Source of the DNA: Gammaproteobacteria bacterium
GTDB taxonomy: Bacteria; Pseudomonadota; Gammaproteobacteria; Arenicellales; JAANXG01
Length of the DNA: 64,000 nucleotides
Reading direction: 5' to 3'
NCBI GenBank assembly: GCA_024638505.1
Contig: JAHEKE010000018.1
Coordinates: 6,078 to 70,077 of the forward strand
Shown here: positions 40,815-52,810 of the stretch, piece after piece
How positions within the stretch are numbered: the first letter of the stretch is position 1
How the letters are laid out: the number at the start of each line of letters is the position of its first letter
Translations under genes and position numbers: made by a program
Notes under the pieces: model-generated
What the model was told of the DNA's origin: nothing
The model's database searches: none
The model's input: only the letters and a program-made list of their open reading frames with translations

Positions 40815-42207
40815 TCATGTTCGCCGAATTCACTTTATTGGCGTCGGTGGCAGCGGTATGAGCGGTATTGCAGAGGTGCTGGTAAACCTGGGCTACGAAG
40901 TCTCCGGATCAGACAAAGTAAGCAATGCGGTTACCAGCCATCTGCAGAAAAGCGGCATATCGGTCAATATCGGCCACGATGCCAAGCTGGTCAGGGATTG
41001 CGACGTCGTGGTTGTGTCTTCGGCAGTTAACGGCAGTAATCCAGAGGTTTCCGCGGCCAAGGAGGCGAAGATACCGGTAATTCCAAGGGCCGAGATGCTG
41101 GCGGAGCTGATGCGCTTTCGAAAGGGCATCGCGGTTGCGGGCACCCACGGCAAGACCACAACAACCAGTCTGGTTGCCAGCGTTCTCGCGCAGGGTGGCT
41201 TGGATCCGACTTTCGTGGTGGGTGGCATGGTAAACAGTGCCGGGCGCAATGCGGTCCTGGGGCAGGGGGATTATCTCGTAGCCGAGGCCGATGAGAGTGA
41301 CGCCTCTTTTTTACATCTGCAGCCAGAGATAGCCGTAGTCACCAACATAGATGCAGATCATATGGAAACTTACGGGGGAGATTTCCGCAAACTGAAACAG
41401 ACTTTCATAGATTTTCTACAGAATCTGCCATTTTATGGGCTGGCCGTACTGTGCCTGGACGACCCCGACGTGCAGAACATCATACCCGCGGTACGTAAGC
41501 CAATATTGACTTATGGGAGTCATGCAGAAGCAGACATCCGTTATACCGACGTGAGCCAGCGGGGCTTGACTATGCGTTTCAACGTATTGCGACAGGGTCG
41601 CAAAGGGCTGCGCGAAATAGAGCTCGCTCTGCCGGGAGAGCACAACGTGTGTAACGCTCTGGCCGCCATCGCTGTAGGAACTCAGTTGGGTGTAAGTGAT
41701 GACGACATCGTAGCCGCACTGAAAAAATTTGCCGGGATCGGACGACGCTTTCATGTGCGAGGTGAAGCTAAGCTGGCCAATGGTGTGGCGCTGGTGGTGG
41801 ACGACTATGCGCATCATCCGCGTGAAATAGCGGCGACATTAGAGGCTGCTAGAGGCGCCTGGCCGGACCGCAGGCTGGTGGTTGTGTTTCAACCTCATCG
41901 TTATTCCCGAACGCGCGACCTGATGGATGATTTTAGCCAGGTGCTGGCCGTACAGGAGCCCTTGATTATCACCGATGTCTATCCAGCTGGAGAAATCCCC
42001 ATTGGTGGTGCTGACGGCCGCGCCCTGTGTCGAGCGATTCGTGCGCGCGGCCGAGTTGATCCTGTATTCGTACCATCGCTTGATCAGCTGAGAGAGGGTT
42101 TGTCCACAATCGTTCTTGATCAAGACGTCATCCTCACCCTCGGCGCGGGCGACATAGGGCGCAGTGCGCAAGATCTGGTGGCGTATGGTCTGGGAGAGCG
42201 GGCATGA
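40807..42207 (+). CDS. murC: UDP-MurNAc:L-Ala ligase
   Basis: [23 protein letters not shown] and DDYAHHP; GTG start with GGAG SD. Confidence 0.98.
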   Translation: MRDHVRRIHFIGVGGSGMSGIAEVLVNLGYEVSGSDKVSNAVTSHLQKSGISVNIGHDAKLVRDCDVVVVSSAVNGSNPEVSAAKEAKIPVIPRAEMLAELMRFRKGIAVAGTHGKTTTTSLVASVLAQGGLDPTFVVGGMVNSAGRNAVLGQGDYLVAEADESDASFLHLQPEIAVVTNIDADHMETYGGDFRKLKQTFIDFLQNLPFYGLAVLCLDDPDVQNIIPAVRKPILTYGSHAEADIRYTDVSQRGLTMRFNVLRQGRKGLREIELALPGEHNVCNALAAIAVGTQLGVSDDDIVAALKKFAGIGRRFHVRGEAKLANGVALVVDDYAHHPREIAATLEAARGAWPDRRLVVVFQPHRYSRTRDLMDDFSQVLAVQEPLIITDVYPAGEIPIGGADGRALCRAIRARGRVDPVFVPSLDQLREGLSTIVLDQDVILTLGAGDIGRSAQDLVAYGLGERA

Positions 42208-43106
42208 TGGTCGCCCCGCGCTTAGGGTATGTGCCACGCGGTGAATTGCGCTTGAACGAATCCATGTCCAAGCATACGAGCTGGCGAGTCGGCGGGAACG
42301 TAGATCAGTTCTTTATCCCGGCTGATAAAGATGATTTGATCCAGTTTCTTATCCACCTAGAACCCAACCTTGCCGTAACTTGGATAGGCCTTGGTAGTAA
42401 CCTGTTAGTCAGGGATGGAGGAGTGCGCGGCGTCGTGATCTCGACGCATAAAGGTTTTAGCCACATCGAGCGCATAAAGCACAATCGCATTTATATAGAG
42501 AGTGGCGTGCCCGGAGCGAAAATCGCTCGCTTCAGCGTCCGCCATGGTCTTAGCGGCGCAGAATTTTTTGCCGGCATCCCTGGGACCTTCGGTGGAGCGC
42601 TGGCGATGAACGCCGGTGCGTTTGGCAGTGAGACCTGGGATGTCGTAACTGAGGTGCAGACTATTGATCAGTCCGGAGTGAGCCGTAGGCGCACCCCGAT
42701 GCAGTTCAGCATTGGCTATAGATCAGTTTCTCTGCCTCCTGGCGAGTGGTTCCTGTCGGGGGAAATCCTGCTCAAGTCGGGAGACAGCGTGCGGGGCCGG
42801 AAGAAAATAAAGCAGCTGTTGTCCCAGCGATCTCGAACCCAACCTATTCAGGTGCCTAATGCAGGGTCCGTCTTCAGAAATCCAGAAGGTGATCATGCCG
42901 CCAGGATTATCGAGTCTTGTGGATTGAAGGGGATGCGTAAAGGCGGAGCAGCAGTATCTCCGATCCATGCAAACTTCATCGTAAATGAAGGCGGAGCTAC
43001 GGCTGCAGATATAGAGAATTTGATCGAGCACGTTCAACACACGGTAGCTGAACAGCATGGTATCCAGCTGGTGCGGGAAGTCCGGGTAATAGGAGAAAAA
43101 CGTTGA
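42204..43106 (+). CDS. murB: UDP-N-acetylenolpyruvylglucosamine reductase
   Basis: [28 protein letters not shown] and HANFIVN. Confidence 0.97.
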   Translation: MMVAPRLGYVPRGELRLNESMSKHTSWRVGGNVDQFFIPADKDDLIQFLIHLEPNLAVTWIGLGSNLLVRDGGVRGVVISTHKGFSHIERIKHNRIYIESGVPGAKIARFSVRHGLSGAEFFAGIPGTFGGALAMNAGAFGSETWDVVTEVQTIDQSGVSRRRTPMQFSIGYRSVSLPPGEWFLSGEILLKSGDSVRGRKKIKQLLSQRSRTQPIQVPNAGSVFRNPEGDHAARIIESCGLKGMRKGGAAVSPIHANFIVNEGGATAADIENLIEHVQHTVAEQHGIQLVREVRVIGEKR

Positions 43107-44011
43107 GCGGCCGGTTCGGCAAAGTCGCCGTTTTATTAGGCGGATCCACCGCCGAGCGGGAGGTTTCATTGAAAAGCGGCGCAATGATCCTCAAGGGACT
43201 GCTTAACAAGAACATCGATGCCTTTTCGATTGATGCAGACTCGAGCGTGCTCACGCAACTGCAAGATACAAAGGCGAACCGCGTATTTATTGCGCTGCAC
43301 GGGCCCTGGGGTGAGAACGGGGTTATCCAGGGTGCGTTGGAGACCATAGAAATGCCATACACCGGCAGTGGGGTACTAGGCTGTGCGCTTTCCATGGACA
43401 AGGTGCGCAGCAAGCAGCTATGGATAGGCACCGGTATTCCCACGCCTGATTTTGTTGAGCTCCGTAAACAGGGTGATCTGCAGCAGGCGGTTGATACCTT
43501 AGGCCTGCCTTTGTTTGTCAAACCCGTACATGAAGGATCGAGTATAGGGGTTAGCCGGGTTAACTCGGAAGATGCGCTAGAGCAGGCATGGGCCAGCGCG
43601 AAAAAGCTCGATAGGGAAGTCATGGCAGAGGTGTGTATAGAGGGGCCGGAGCTGACCATCGCCGTACTGCAGGATCACGCCCTGCCTACGATAAGGTTGG
43701 AGACGCCCCGGACTTTTTACGACTACGAAGCCAAGTATCACAGCGACACAACACAATATTTATGCCCCTGCGGGCTTGCCCAGGAACTGGAAGCTGACTT
43801 GCAGAAGCTAGCGTTGCGGGCTTTTCAGGTGCTCGGTTGCAGTGGTTGGGGTCGAGTGGATCTCATGCTTGACCAGAGCGACAACCCTTATTTTCTTGAA
43901 GTAAACACCGTACCCGGCATGACTGATCACAGCCTGGTGCCAATGGCGGCGAAGGAAGCTGGGATGGAGTTTCCGGAACTGGTCGAACGAATCCTGGAGA
44001 CTAGTCTATGA
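43103..44011 (+). CDS. ddl: D-Ala-D-Ala ligase
   Basis: GGSTAEREVS, GSSIG, YDYEAKY and EVNTVPG. Confidence 0.97.
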   Translation: MSGRFGKVAVLLGGSTAEREVSLKSGAMILKGLLNKNIDAFSIDADSSVLTQLQDTKANRVFIALHGPWGENGVIQGALETIEMPYTGSGVLGCALSMDKVRSKQLWIGTGIPTPDFVELRKQGDLQQAVDTLGLPLFVKPVHEGSSIGVSRVNSEDALEQAWASAKKLDREVMAEVCIEGPELTIAVLQDHALPTIRLETPRTFYDYEAKYHSDTTQYLCPCGLAQELEADLQKLALRAFQVLGCSGWGRVDLMLDQSDNPYFLEVNTVPGMTDHSLVPMAAKEAGMEFPELVERILETSL

Positions 44012-44811
44012 CTGTGCGACGCGCATTAGCCGAGAGCGAACATAAGCGGCGTCTGGTGCGTAGGCGCCGGCACAGGCAACTTTTAACCGGTTTAATTGCC
44101 GTCGGTATTACTGCGCTAACTGTCGTAGCAGTTGCAATGGACCGATTACTTCGGCCAGGCGCGTTTCCAATCAAGGAGTTACGTTTAGAAGGCGAGTTCA
44201 CGAATCTTCACCCCGATACTGTGCGTACAAGCGTAGTCGGACAGCTGGGAGACAACTATTTTTCCTTGGATCTGGGCAGAATAGAGCGTGCAGTAGAAGA
44301 TTTGCCCTGGGTTTATCAGGCAACGGTGCAGCGTTCCTGGCCGCATGGGCTCACGATCCAAATCGAAGAGCAGCACCCGGTTGCCCGCTGGGGCGATAAA
44401 GCTTGGCTCAATGCCGACGCCCAAATTATCGACCTCGAGAAGAGCGTAGATACGCGTGGGCTTGTATCGCTGCGAGGACCGGACGCTGTCGCGGCGGACG
44501 CCTGGAGTAATTTCAAAGTATGGTCTTCGGCCCTGCTTGAGGCGGAAGTGGAAATTGAATCCATCGATGTCGATGATCGGTTTGCCTGGTCGCTTACTGT
44601 AAGTCCGGTCCAGTCGGAACATGCTTTCCGCATACTTCTTGGGCAGGAAGAGCATGAACCAAGAATCAGCAGGTTCTTGTACTCCTACCAAGCGTTGAAA
44701 TCCAAAATTGACAATTTAGTCAGCGTAGACCTGCGTTACCCAAATGGGATGGCGGTCATTTGGCGTGACGTCCTTGAGGAAGGTGATGTGGCTCAAAATG
44801 AGGTTAACTGA
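44008..44811 (+). CDS. ftsQ: Cell division protein FtsQ
   Basis: Basic N-terminal tail, TM helix, POTRA (LPWV...WP) and VDLRYPNG. Confidence 0.95.
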   Translation: MTVRRALAESEHKRRLVRRRRHRQLLTGLIAVGITALTVVAVAMDRLLRPGAFPIKELRLEGEFTNLHPDTVRTSVVGQLGDNYFSLDLGRIERAVEDLPWVYQATVQRSWPHGLTIQIEEQHPVARWGDKAWLNADAQIIDLEKSVDTRGLVSLRGPDAVAADAWSNFKVWSSALLEAEVEIESIDVDDRFAWSLTVSPVQSEHAFRILLGQEEHEPRISRFLYSYQALKSKIDNLVSVDLRYPNGMAVIWRDVLEEGDVAQNEVN

Positions 44812-46046
44812 TGAATAAAAAGAGTGACGAGAGACTCATTGTAGGTTTGGATATTGGGACCTCCAAGGTACTAGCCATCGTTGGTGAGATAAGCCCAACG
44901 GGGGAAGTAGAAATCATCGGCATTGGTCATCATCCCGCACGCGGTATGCGTAAAGGCGTCGTATCCAACATAGAGTCAACGGTGCAATCTATACAGCGGG
45001 CGGTTGAGGAAGCCGAACTGATGGCGGGTTGTCAGATCTACTCTGTTTTCGCCGGTATCGCGGGCGCTCATATCAATAGTTTCAATTCTCACGGTGTCGT
45101 GGCCATCCGTGATAAAGAGGTTGGCGATACGGATATTGAGCGTGTTATTGAGGCGGCGCGGGCGCTGGCCATTCCGAACGACCAGAAAGTTCTGCATATT
45201 TTACCGCAGGAGTTCGTTATAGATGGGCAGGAGGGCATCCGCGAACCGATCGGCATGAGCGGCGTCCGCTTGGAAGCGAAGGTTCATATTATTACCGGTG
45301 CAGTCAGCGCTGCGCAAAATATCATTAAATGCATCCGACGCTGCGGTTTGGAGGTGGATGACATAATTTTGGAACAGCTGGCTTCCAGTGAATCGGTTCT
45401 GCTGGAAGACGAAAAGGACCTTGGGGTTTGCATGGTGGACATCGGCGGTGGAACAACCGATGTCGCCGTTTTCGTCGACGGTGCGATTCGACATACCGCA
45501 GTAATACCTATAGCGGGGGATCAGGTAACTAATGATATCGCCGTTGCTCTACGCACTCCAACGCAGGCGGCGGAGGAAATAAAGAAAAAGTACGGCTGTG
45601 CCCTCATTCAGCTGGCGCATAGTGATGAGACTATCGAGACGCCCAGCGTTGGGGATCGGCCGCCGCGGAAGCTCGCGCGGCAGACACTGGCTGAAGTAGT
45701 TGAGCCTCGGATTGAAGAACTATTTGAACTGGTTCGCAATGAGCTGAGGCGCAGCGGTTTTGAAGAGTTGATGGGCTCCGGCGTTGTGTTAACCGGTGGC
45801 AGCTCCAAGATGGATGGCATGGTTGAACTGGCTGAAGAAGTTTTTCACATGCCGGTGCGAGTCGGGATGCCTAAATCAGTGCAGGGTTTGACCGAAGCGG
45901 CCAGGAATCCGATCTATTCGACGGGTGTGGGGCTGATTCAGTTTGGACATCTCAACCAGGCACCCAAGCGACGGCAAGAGCCTAAGACCAGTACTTTCAG
46001 CGGTGTCATGTCAAGAATGAAAACCTGGTTCCACGGCGGCTTCTGA
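44811..46046 (+). CDS. ftsA: Cell division protein FtsA
   Basis: LDIGTSK, DIGGGTTD and a C-terminal amphipathic helix. Confidence 0.98.
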   Translation: MNKKSDERLIVGLDIGTSKVLAIVGEISPTGEVEIIGIGHHPARGMRKGVVSNIESTVQSIQRAVEEAELMAGCQIYSVFAGIAGAHINSFNSHGVVAIRDKEVGDTDIERVIEAARALAIPNDQKVLHILPQEFVIDGQEGIREPIGMSGVRLEAKVHIITGAVSAAQNIIKCIRRCGLEVDDIILEQLASSESVLLEDEKDLGVCMVDIGGGTTDVAVFVDGAIRHTAVIPIAGDQVTNDIAVALRTPTQAAEEIKKKYGCALIQLAHSDETIETPSVGDRPPRKLARQTLAEVVEPRIEELFELVRNELRRSGFEELMGSGVVLTGGSSKMDGMVELAEEVFHMPVRVGMPKSVQGLTEAARNPIYSTGVGLIQFGHLNQAPKRRQEPKTSTFSGVMSRMKTWFHGGF

Positions 46047-46098
46047 GGGGGGCCGCTAACAGCATTGATGATTCCTTATTTGGAGGTAAGAAAACACT

Positions 46099-47316
46099 AT
46101 GAGTTACGACAGCGAGCAGCAACAAGCGTTCGGCCCAAACGACCAGCATAGCGAGACTACCAACATGTTTGAATTAATTGACAATGTAGCGCAACAAGCA
46201 GTTATCAAGGTTATTGGCATCGGTGGCGGTGGAGGTAACGCAGTCGATCATATGATGGTGGGGGAAATTGACGGTGTGGAATTCATCAACGCCAATACCG
46301 ATTCTCAAGCTCTTAATAGGTCGATTGCTTCTACCAAACTTCAACTTGGGTCAAACTTGACCAAGGGATTGGGTGCCGGTGCGAATCCCGAAATTGGTTC
46401 ACAAGCTGCAATGGAAGACCGGGATCGCATCGCCGAGGTTATTGATCATGCTGATATGGTGTTCATCACCGCAGGGATGGGTGGTGGCACTGGGACCGGG
46501 GCCGCACCCATCGTTGCACAGATCGCAAAAGAAAAGGGCGCGCTGACCGTAGCGGTTATCACCAAGCCTTTTCCGTTTGAAGGTAAAAAGCGGATGACGA
46601 TCGCAGATCAGGGGATCAGTGAACTCTCCCAGTACGTAGATTCATTGATTACCATACCTAATGAACGAGTACTCGATGTGATGGGCAAGCAGGCAACTTT
46701 GCTCGACGCGTTCGCTCGTGCCAACGAGGTACTGCTGAACGCCGTTCAGGGCATCTCTGAATTGATTACGCGGCCAGGGCTAATCAACGTGGATTTCGCC
46801 GATGTCCGCACGGTAATGGCAGAGATGGGCATGGCAATGATGGGTTCAGCCACCGCTACCGGCCCCGATCGCGCGATTGAAGCTGCCCGGGGGGCCATTT
46901 CCAGCCCGCTGCTGGAGGATACGGACGTCTCCGGGGCTCGCGGTATTCTGGTCAACGTAACCGCCGGTTTGGATATGGCGATCGGGGAGTTTGAGGAGGT
47001 AGGAACCGCGGTACGAGAGCTGGCATCGGACGACGCCACGTTGGTAATCGGTACGGTTTTGGATCCCGAGATGAGAGGAGACCTACGGGTGACGATGGTA
47101 GCAACAGGCATTAGCGAGGCCATCAAGGCAGCTCCGCAGTATCCGCGGGTGGTGGCCAACGAGCTCAGACCGAAAAAGGTTGCCAACTACGACGACCTGG
47201 ACGCCCCGACGGTGATCAGGAACCGCCGGGACACGCAGGACCTGCCAAATCTGATCGATGAAAACGGGATGGATTATCTAGAAATCCCAGCTTTTTTACG
47301 TAAACAGGCGGATTAA
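46099..47316 (+). CDS. ftsZ: Cell division protein FtsZ (alternative start at 46165)
   Basis: [15 protein letters not shown] tubulin signature and C-terminal [10 protein letters not shown]. Confidence 0.99.
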   Translation: MSYDSEQQQAFGPNDQHSETTNMFELIDNVAQQAVIKVIGIGGGGGNAVDHMMVGEIDGVEFINANTDSQALNRSIASTKLQLGSNLTKGLGAGANPEIGSQAAMEDRDRIAEVIDHADMVFITAGMGGGTGTGAAPIVAQIAKEKGALTVAVITKPFPFEGKKRMTIADQGISELSQYVDSLITIPNERVLDVMGKQATLLDAFARANEVLLNAVQGISELITRPGLINVDFADVRTVMAEMGMAMMGSATATGPDRAIEAARGAISSPLLEDTDVSGARGILVNVTAGLDMAIGEFEEVGTAVRELASDDATLVIGTVLDPEMRGDLRVTMVATGISEAIKAAPQYPRVVANELRPKKVANYDDLDAPTVIRNRRDTQDLPNLIDENGMDYLEIPAFLRKQAD

Positions 47317-47462
47317 GATCATGTTTATCAATTGTACACACCACCTACACAATCAGCATGGAATCGTGTACGATGCCGGGCCTTAGGGGAGGAAACTCAG
47401 GGCAATCCTCGCTACGGCCGCTTGTACATAACAAGCGGGAACATAATAACGACCGAACATCC

Positions 47463-48377
47463 ATGATTACCCAAAGAACGCTTAAAAACGTAATTCGTGC
47501 GACAGGCGTCGGGCTACATACAGGGGAAAAAGTTTATCTAACGCTGCGACCTGCAGCTCCCAATACTGGTATTGTATTCCGTCGTATTGATTTGGACCCC
47601 GCCGTTGACGTGCCAGCTCGATGTGAAAATGTCGGTGATACACGCCTATCCACAACGCTGGAGCGCGGCAATGTCCGTATTTCAACCGTCGAGCACTTAA
47701 TGTCAGCTTTTGCCGGGCTGGGAGTGGATAACGCGTATGTGGATCTAACCGCACCGGAAGTTCCGATTATGGACGGCAGTGCAGGCCCTTTTGTTTTTTT
47801 GATTCAGTCCGCCGGAATCGAAGAACAAAACGCAGCGAAACATTTTATTCGGGTAAAAAAGAAGATTAAGCTGGAAGAGGGCGATAAGTGGGCGCGGTTT
47901 GATCCGCTGGATGGTTTCAAAGTTTCTTTCGCCATTGATTTTGAACATCCGATTTTTCACGACTCCGCGCAGCAAGCGAGTGTCGATTTTTCTGCCACTT
48001 CTTTCGTAAAGGAAGTAAGTCGTGCTCGTACCTTCGGATTCATGCAGGAATTGGAGGCTTTAAGAGAAGCAGGCTTGGCGCGCGGAGGCAGTTTAGACAA
48101 CGCGATCGTCATGGACTCCTACCACATTCTTAACGATGATGGATTACGTTATGAGGATGAATTCGTAAAACATAAAATTCTCGATGCAATTGGTGATCTT
48201 TATTTACTTGGACATCCGCTAATTGGCGCTTTCAGTGCTTACAAATCTGGGCACGCGCTGAATAACAGACTGCTGCGTGAGTTGTTGCGGCAGAAAAACG
48301 CATGGGAGCTTGTTACTTTTGACAACGCCAGCGATGCACCGGTCGCTTTTGTGCAACCGGCATCTGCCCCTTTGTAA
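47463..48377 (+). CDS. lpxC: UDP-3-O-acyl-GlcNAc deacetylase
   Basis: [26 protein letters not shown] and KSGH. Confidence 0.98.
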   Translation: MITQRTLKNVIRATGVGLHTGEKVYLTLRPAAPNTGIVFRRIDLDPAVDVPARCENVGDTRLSTTLERGNVRISTVEHLMSAFAGLGVDNAYVDLTAPEVPIMDGSAGPFVFLIQSAGIEEQNAAKHFIRVKKKIKLEEGDKWARFDPLDGFKVSFAIDFEHPIFHDSAQQASVDFSATSFVKEVSRARTFGFMQELEALREAGLARGGSLDNAIVMDSYHILNDDGLRYEDEFVKHKILDAIGDLYLLGHPLIGAFSAYKSGHALNNRLLRELLRQKNAWELVTFDNASDAPVAFVQPASAPL

Positions 48378-48416
48378 ACAACTAAAACTGGGAATTTAGG
48401 TAAAAGTTAAGCGTAA

Positions 48417-48878
48417 TTATTTTTTTAATGTAGTCGCCAACCGCTGCAGTGACTGGCGAAGCTCCGCATCATGAATGCCTTTGGCGGTTTGTTTGATAAT
48501 TTCGCTGGTTCGAGCCTTAGGCTTTTTACGGCCAGACAAACTTTTGGTTTTTCCAGAAACGAGATTTTTTTGCGCTAATCGAATATTCAAAGTATGGACT
48601 TCAGGAAGCTTCTGCTGCTGAATACGCGACATAATGAAGGCTTGACGATGGCGTATCCAATTCGCCCATACTGGCGAGTGCACCCATACCGTCAGTTTTC
48701 CGTTTTTGTAAAAAGCAGGGAGCACATGATTACAGGCTGGATCGGGCAGTACAGCGCTCCACGCTCGTTGAAATGGTTTTAACTCAGCCGCACCCAGGGC
48801 AATTTGCTGCAGGGTTTGGTTTGAGTCTTTTAATACACTTTTAATCGGTTTTAGAGCTTTTTTCTTACGATGTGACAT
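48417..48878 (-). CDS. dciA: DciA/DUF721 family helicase-loading protein
   Basis: W..V....LTVWVHSPVWANWIR KH-like pattern; conserved position between lpxC and M23/secA. Confidence 0.8.
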   Translation of the reverse strand: MSHRKKKALKPIKSVLKDSNQTLQQIALGAAELKPFQRAWSAVLPDPACNHVLPAFYKNGKLTVWVHSPVWANWIRHRQAFIMSRIQQQKLPEVHTLNIRLAQKNLVSGKTKSLSGRKKPKARTSEIIKQTAKGIHDAELRQSLQRLATTLKK

Positions 48879-48923
48879 AACGCTTATTCTACACGTTAGC
48901 AACGGCTTAGGCAGATTATAAAA

Positions 48924-49847
48924 ATGCAACTTATCTTTGTACCAGGCAGTGCAAGTAGACAGTCACGCTGTTTAACTAGAAAAGGATTTATGGCATTGTT
49001 AAGCGCCGCTTCGATTGTGCTCGTTTTCACCGGTATTGGCTTTTACTACCTCGGAGCATCAAATGCCACTTACAAACCGAATGCGAAACAGCTTCGTCTT
49101 GCCTATGTGCAAATGTCACTGGAAAAAGGCCAAATCGAGTTAGAGCAGGCCGAGCGCAGCGTTGAACAGCAATTAGATACTTTTGGTCGCCGACTAGGGC
49201 AAGTGCAGGCGCATTTGTCCCGGCTCAACGCCCTCGGCAAGCGTTTAACCGGCATGGCCGGTTTAGAGACGAGCGAGTTTAGTTTCGATTCAGACCCAGC
49301 GGTGGGTGGCCCAGCGAACGCGGGACAGCATCAATCGGCGGCTGATCTCATCGCCGCTCTGGACGAGCTTGAGCGAAACGTGCTGGATAAAAAGGACGAA
49401 CTTGCAGTATTGGAGACCTTGCTGATCGATTATGATCTGCACAGCAAGCAGTTCCCTCACGGATGGCCGGTAAAGGGCGGTTGGATTTCCTCGGGTTACG
49501 GTCACCGCAATGACCCGTTCAGTGGAAAGCGGGCGCTCCATGAGGGTGTTGACATAGCGAGCAAGCCGGGAGCCCCTATTCTGGCCGTCGCTGCGGGCGT
49601 CGTTACCGTGTCCCGGGCCAAAGCCGGGTACGGTCTGATGGTAGAGATTAATCACGGCAAGGGCTATGTCACCCGCTATGCCCATGCGCTGGCGACCACG
49701 GTAAAACCCGGTGATCGCGTAGAGAAGGGAGATATTGTGGCGATGGTTGGCAGCAGCGGAAGATCTACCGGGGCCCACTTACATTTTGAAGTGTTGCTGG
49801 ACGGAGAGCCGGTCAATCCTCTCAAGTATATTCGCGCTTCGCTTTAA
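48924..49847 (+). CDS. M23 family metallopeptidase with TM and coiled coil
   Basis: HEGVD, YAH and GRSTGAHLHFEV. Confidence 0.93.
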   Translation: MQLIFVPGSASRQSRCLTRKGFMALLSAASIVLVFTGIGFYYLGASNATYKPNAKQLRLAYVQMSLEKGQIELEQAERSVEQQLDTFGRRLGQVQAHLSRLNALGKRLTGMAGLETSEFSFDSDPAVGGPANAGQHQSAADLIAALDELERNVLDKKDELAVLETLLIDYDLHSKQFPHGWPVKGGWISSGYGHRNDPFSGKRALHEGVDIASKPGAPILAVAAGVVTVSRAKAGYGLMVEINHGKGYVTRYAHALATTVKPGDRVEKGDIVAMVGSSGRSTGAHLHFEVLLDGEPVNPLKYIRASL

Positions 49848-50063
49848 TCTGAGGCCTACGTTTAACGGGTGTTGAAACCCCCGCCTGCTGTTATTATATA
49901 CGGTACTTGACGAACGCAGAGATCAGGCTTAGGTTCACCTGATATCGCTCAGGGCCGAACGGTATAGCTGACAGTTACGCCTTAACCGGTGCCGTTTAGG
50001 CAAAACCAAGTCCTGCCAAGGGTTCCCCAGGGTCCACCCCAGATAAGCTTTGTTGAAACAACA

Positions 50064-52781
50064 ATGGGATCGATGCTCACAAAAATATTCGGTAGCCGTA
50101 ACCAGCGCTTAGTAAAGCGCATGCAAAAAGATGTCAACAGGGTCAATGCGCTTGAAGCAGATTTGAACGCGTTGACCGATGAGCAGCTCGCGGCAAAAAC
50201 TGATGAATTTCGAGCACGTTTGAACAACGGTGAAACGATAGAGGAGTTACTGGCAGAAGCATTTGCTGTTGTTCGTGAGACCGCTAACAGAACTTTGCAT
50301 ATGCGTCACTTTGACGTGCAGCTGATCGGCGGCATGGTATTGCACCAAGGTAAAATTGCGGAAATGCGCACCGGGGAGGGTAAAACGCTGGTCGCTACTT
50401 TGCCTGCTTATCTCAACAGCCTCGATGGCAGCTGTGTTCATATTATTACGGTAAACGACTATCTGGCAAACCGTGACGCCGAGTGGATGGGTAAAATTTA
50501 TCGATTTTTAGGTCTCACTGTCGGTGTGGTTGTGTCTGGTCAGGATGCGGCCGCTAAACGTGAGGCGTATGCCTGTGACATCGTTTATGGAACGAACAAT
50601 GAGTTCGGCTTTGATTATCTGCGGGACAATATGGCGTTTACCGGGTCTGATAGGGTACAGCGTGGTTTGAATTACGCCATAGTCGACGAGGTGGACTCCA
50701 TCCTGATAGACGAGGCGCGCACCCCGCTCATCATTTCCGGCCCTGCTGAAGAAAGCACCGATCTGTACCTCAAAATCAATAACATCATTCCACTGCTTAC
50801 TCGACAGGAGGAAGAGGGGGGACCTGGCGACTATAGCCTAGACGAGAAGGCAAAGCAGGCGTTTTTCACTGAGGAAGGACATGAAAAATGCGAACGGCTG
50901 TTAGAGGAGCATAAACTGTTACCCGCCGGGTCGAGTCTTTATGATGTAGCCAATATTTCCCTGTTGCATCACCTCAACGCCGCTTTACGTGCACACACTT
51001 TATTCCAGCGCGACGTGGACTACATCGTGCAAAATGATGAAGTGATTATCATTGACGAGTTCACCGGGCGCATGATGCCGGGCAGACGCTGGTCGGAAGG
51101 GCTGCATCAGGCTGTAGAGGCAAAGGAGGGGGCAAGAGTTCAGCAAGAAAATCAAACTTTAGCCTCCATTACCTTCCAGAACTACTTTCGTCTGTATGAC
51201 AAATTAGCCGGAATGACTGGGACAGCTGATACGGAAGCCCCGGAATTTCAGCAGATTTATGGTCTTGAGGTAGTAGTCATACCGACTCACATGCCGATGG
51301 TCAGGGATGACAGGCCTGACCTGGTGTATCGAACCACCAAGGAAAAGTTTCAATCGATAATTGATGGCGTAACTGAATCGCATAATAAAGGTCAGCCCGT
51401 ATTGCTGGGCACGGCCTCGATCGAAACTTCGGAGATACTGGCTAAGCTCATGGACAAAGAGAATCTCAAGCATGAGGTGCTGAATGCCAAGCAGCACGAG
51501 CGAGAAGCACAGATTATTGCTCAGGCCGGTAGACCGGGAGCGATCACCATAGCGACTAACATGGCCGGGCGTGGGACGGATATCGTACTGGGTGGAAACC
51601 TTGAGAAAGAGCTGGAGGAAGTCGGCGATGATCCGGAGAAGGAGCATCAGACTAGAGAGGCCTGGCAGCAGCGGCACGAGCAGGTCGTGCAGGCCGGTGG
51701 ATTACATGTGATCGGCACAGAGCGCCACGAATCGCGACGCATCGACAATCAGCTGCGTGGGCGCTCCGGTCGACAGGGGGATCCGGGATCATCACGTTTT
51801 TATCTCGCGCTGGAAGATAATTTAATGCGGATCTTTGGTTCCGACCGCGTATCCGGCCTGATGCAGAAATTGGGAATGGAAGAGGGTGAAGCCATAGAAC
51901 ATCCATGGGTAACGAAAGCCATTGAAAACGCACAGCGTAAGGTTGAGGGTCGAAATTTTGATATTCGCAAACAATTGCTCGAGTACGATGACGTTGCTAA
52001 CGATCAACGCAAGATAATTTACGCCGAGCGTAACAGACTGATGGATGTCGACGACATCTATGAAAACATTGAATCCATGCGCTCTGATGTCGTACAGGAG
52101 GTTATCGGTCGTTCCATACCGCCCCAGAGTCTGGAGGAACAATGGGATATTGACGGTTTAGAGCGTGACCTTGAGGCCGAATTCGGACTGTCGTTTCCAA
52201 TCAAGCAGTGGTTGGATGACGATGGCGATCTGCATGAAGAAACTCTGCGCGAGCGCATTCTTCAAAAGATCACCGCCGCGTATGAGCAAAAGGTCGCAGA
52301 TGTGGGTGAGCCGGTGATGCGGCATCTGGAAAAAGCCGTGACGTTGCAAGTGCTCGACTCCCAGTGGAAAGAACACTTAGCCGCAATGGATCATTTGCGC
52401 CAGGGCATTGGTTTGAGGGGCTACGCACAAAAAAACCCCAAGCAAGAGTATAAACGGGAAGCTTTTGAGATGTTCGACGCCCTGCTGCAGAATGTAAAAC
52501 ACGATGTAGTGACTTTGCTATCCAAACTGCAGGTTCGTACCGAGGGAGAGATCGAACAGATGGAGGCACAGCAACGGGCGCGAGCGCCGAAAAGTATGAA
52601 CTTTGTGCATCCCGACATGGAGCAGCCTGGGTTGGGTGAGGAGGCAACAGCGACTGCACAAGCGGAAAGTAAGCCGGCTCAACCATTCGTCAGACAGGGG
52701 CGTAAAATTGGACGAAACGAGCCGTGTCCGTGCGGTTCCGGCAAGAAGTACAAACAATGCCATGGCCGTCTCAACGCCTGA
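50064..52781 (+). CDS. secA: Protein translocase subunit SecA
   Basis: [23 protein letters not shown] and SEC-C motif [13 protein letters not shown]. Confidence 0.99.
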   Translation: MGSMLTKIFGSRNQRLVKRMQKDVNRVNALEADLNALTDEQLAAKTDEFRARLNNGETIEELLAEAFAVVRETANRTLHMRHFDVQLIGGMVLHQGKIAEMRTGEGKTLVATLPAYLNSLDGSCVHIITVNDYLANRDAEWMGKIYRFLGLTVGVVVSGQDAAAKREAYACDIVYGTNNEFGFDYLRDNMAFTGSDRVQRGLNYAIVDEVDSILIDEARTPLIISGPAEESTDLYLKINNIIPLLTRQEEEGGPGDYSLDEKAKQAFFTEEGHEKCERLLEEHKLLPAGSSLYDVANISLLHHLNAALRAHTLFQRDVDYIVQNDEVIIIDEFTGRMMPGRRWSEGLHQAVEAKEGARVQQENQTLASITFQNYFRLYDKLAGMTGTADTEAPEFQQIYGLEVVVIPTHMPMVRDDRPDLVYRTTKEKFQSIIDGVTESHNKGQPVLLGTASIETSEILAKLMDKENLKHEVLNAKQHEREAQIIAQAGRPGAITIATNMAGRGTDIVLGGNLEKELEEVGDDPEKEHQTREAWQQRHEQVVQAGGLHVIGTERHESRRIDNQLRGRSGRQGDPGSSRFYLALEDNLMRIFGSDRVSGLMQKLGMEEGEAIEHPWVTKAIENAQRKVEGRNFDIRKQLLEYDDVANDQRKIIYAERNRLMDVDDIYENIESMRSDVVQEVIGRSIPPQSLEEQWDIDGLERDLEAEFGLSFPIKQWLDDDGDLHEETLRERILQKITAAYEQKVADVGEPVMRHLEKAVTLQVLDSQWKEHLAAMDHLRQGIGLRGYAQKNPKQEYKREAFEMFDALLQNVKHDVVTLLSKLQVRTEGEIEQMEAQQRARAPKSMNFVHPDMEQPGLGEEATATAQAESKPAQPFVRQGRKIGRNEPCPCGSGKKYKQCHGRLNA

Positions 52782-52810
52782 TCGCGATGCCGCAGAGGCA
52801 GATTGCCTGA

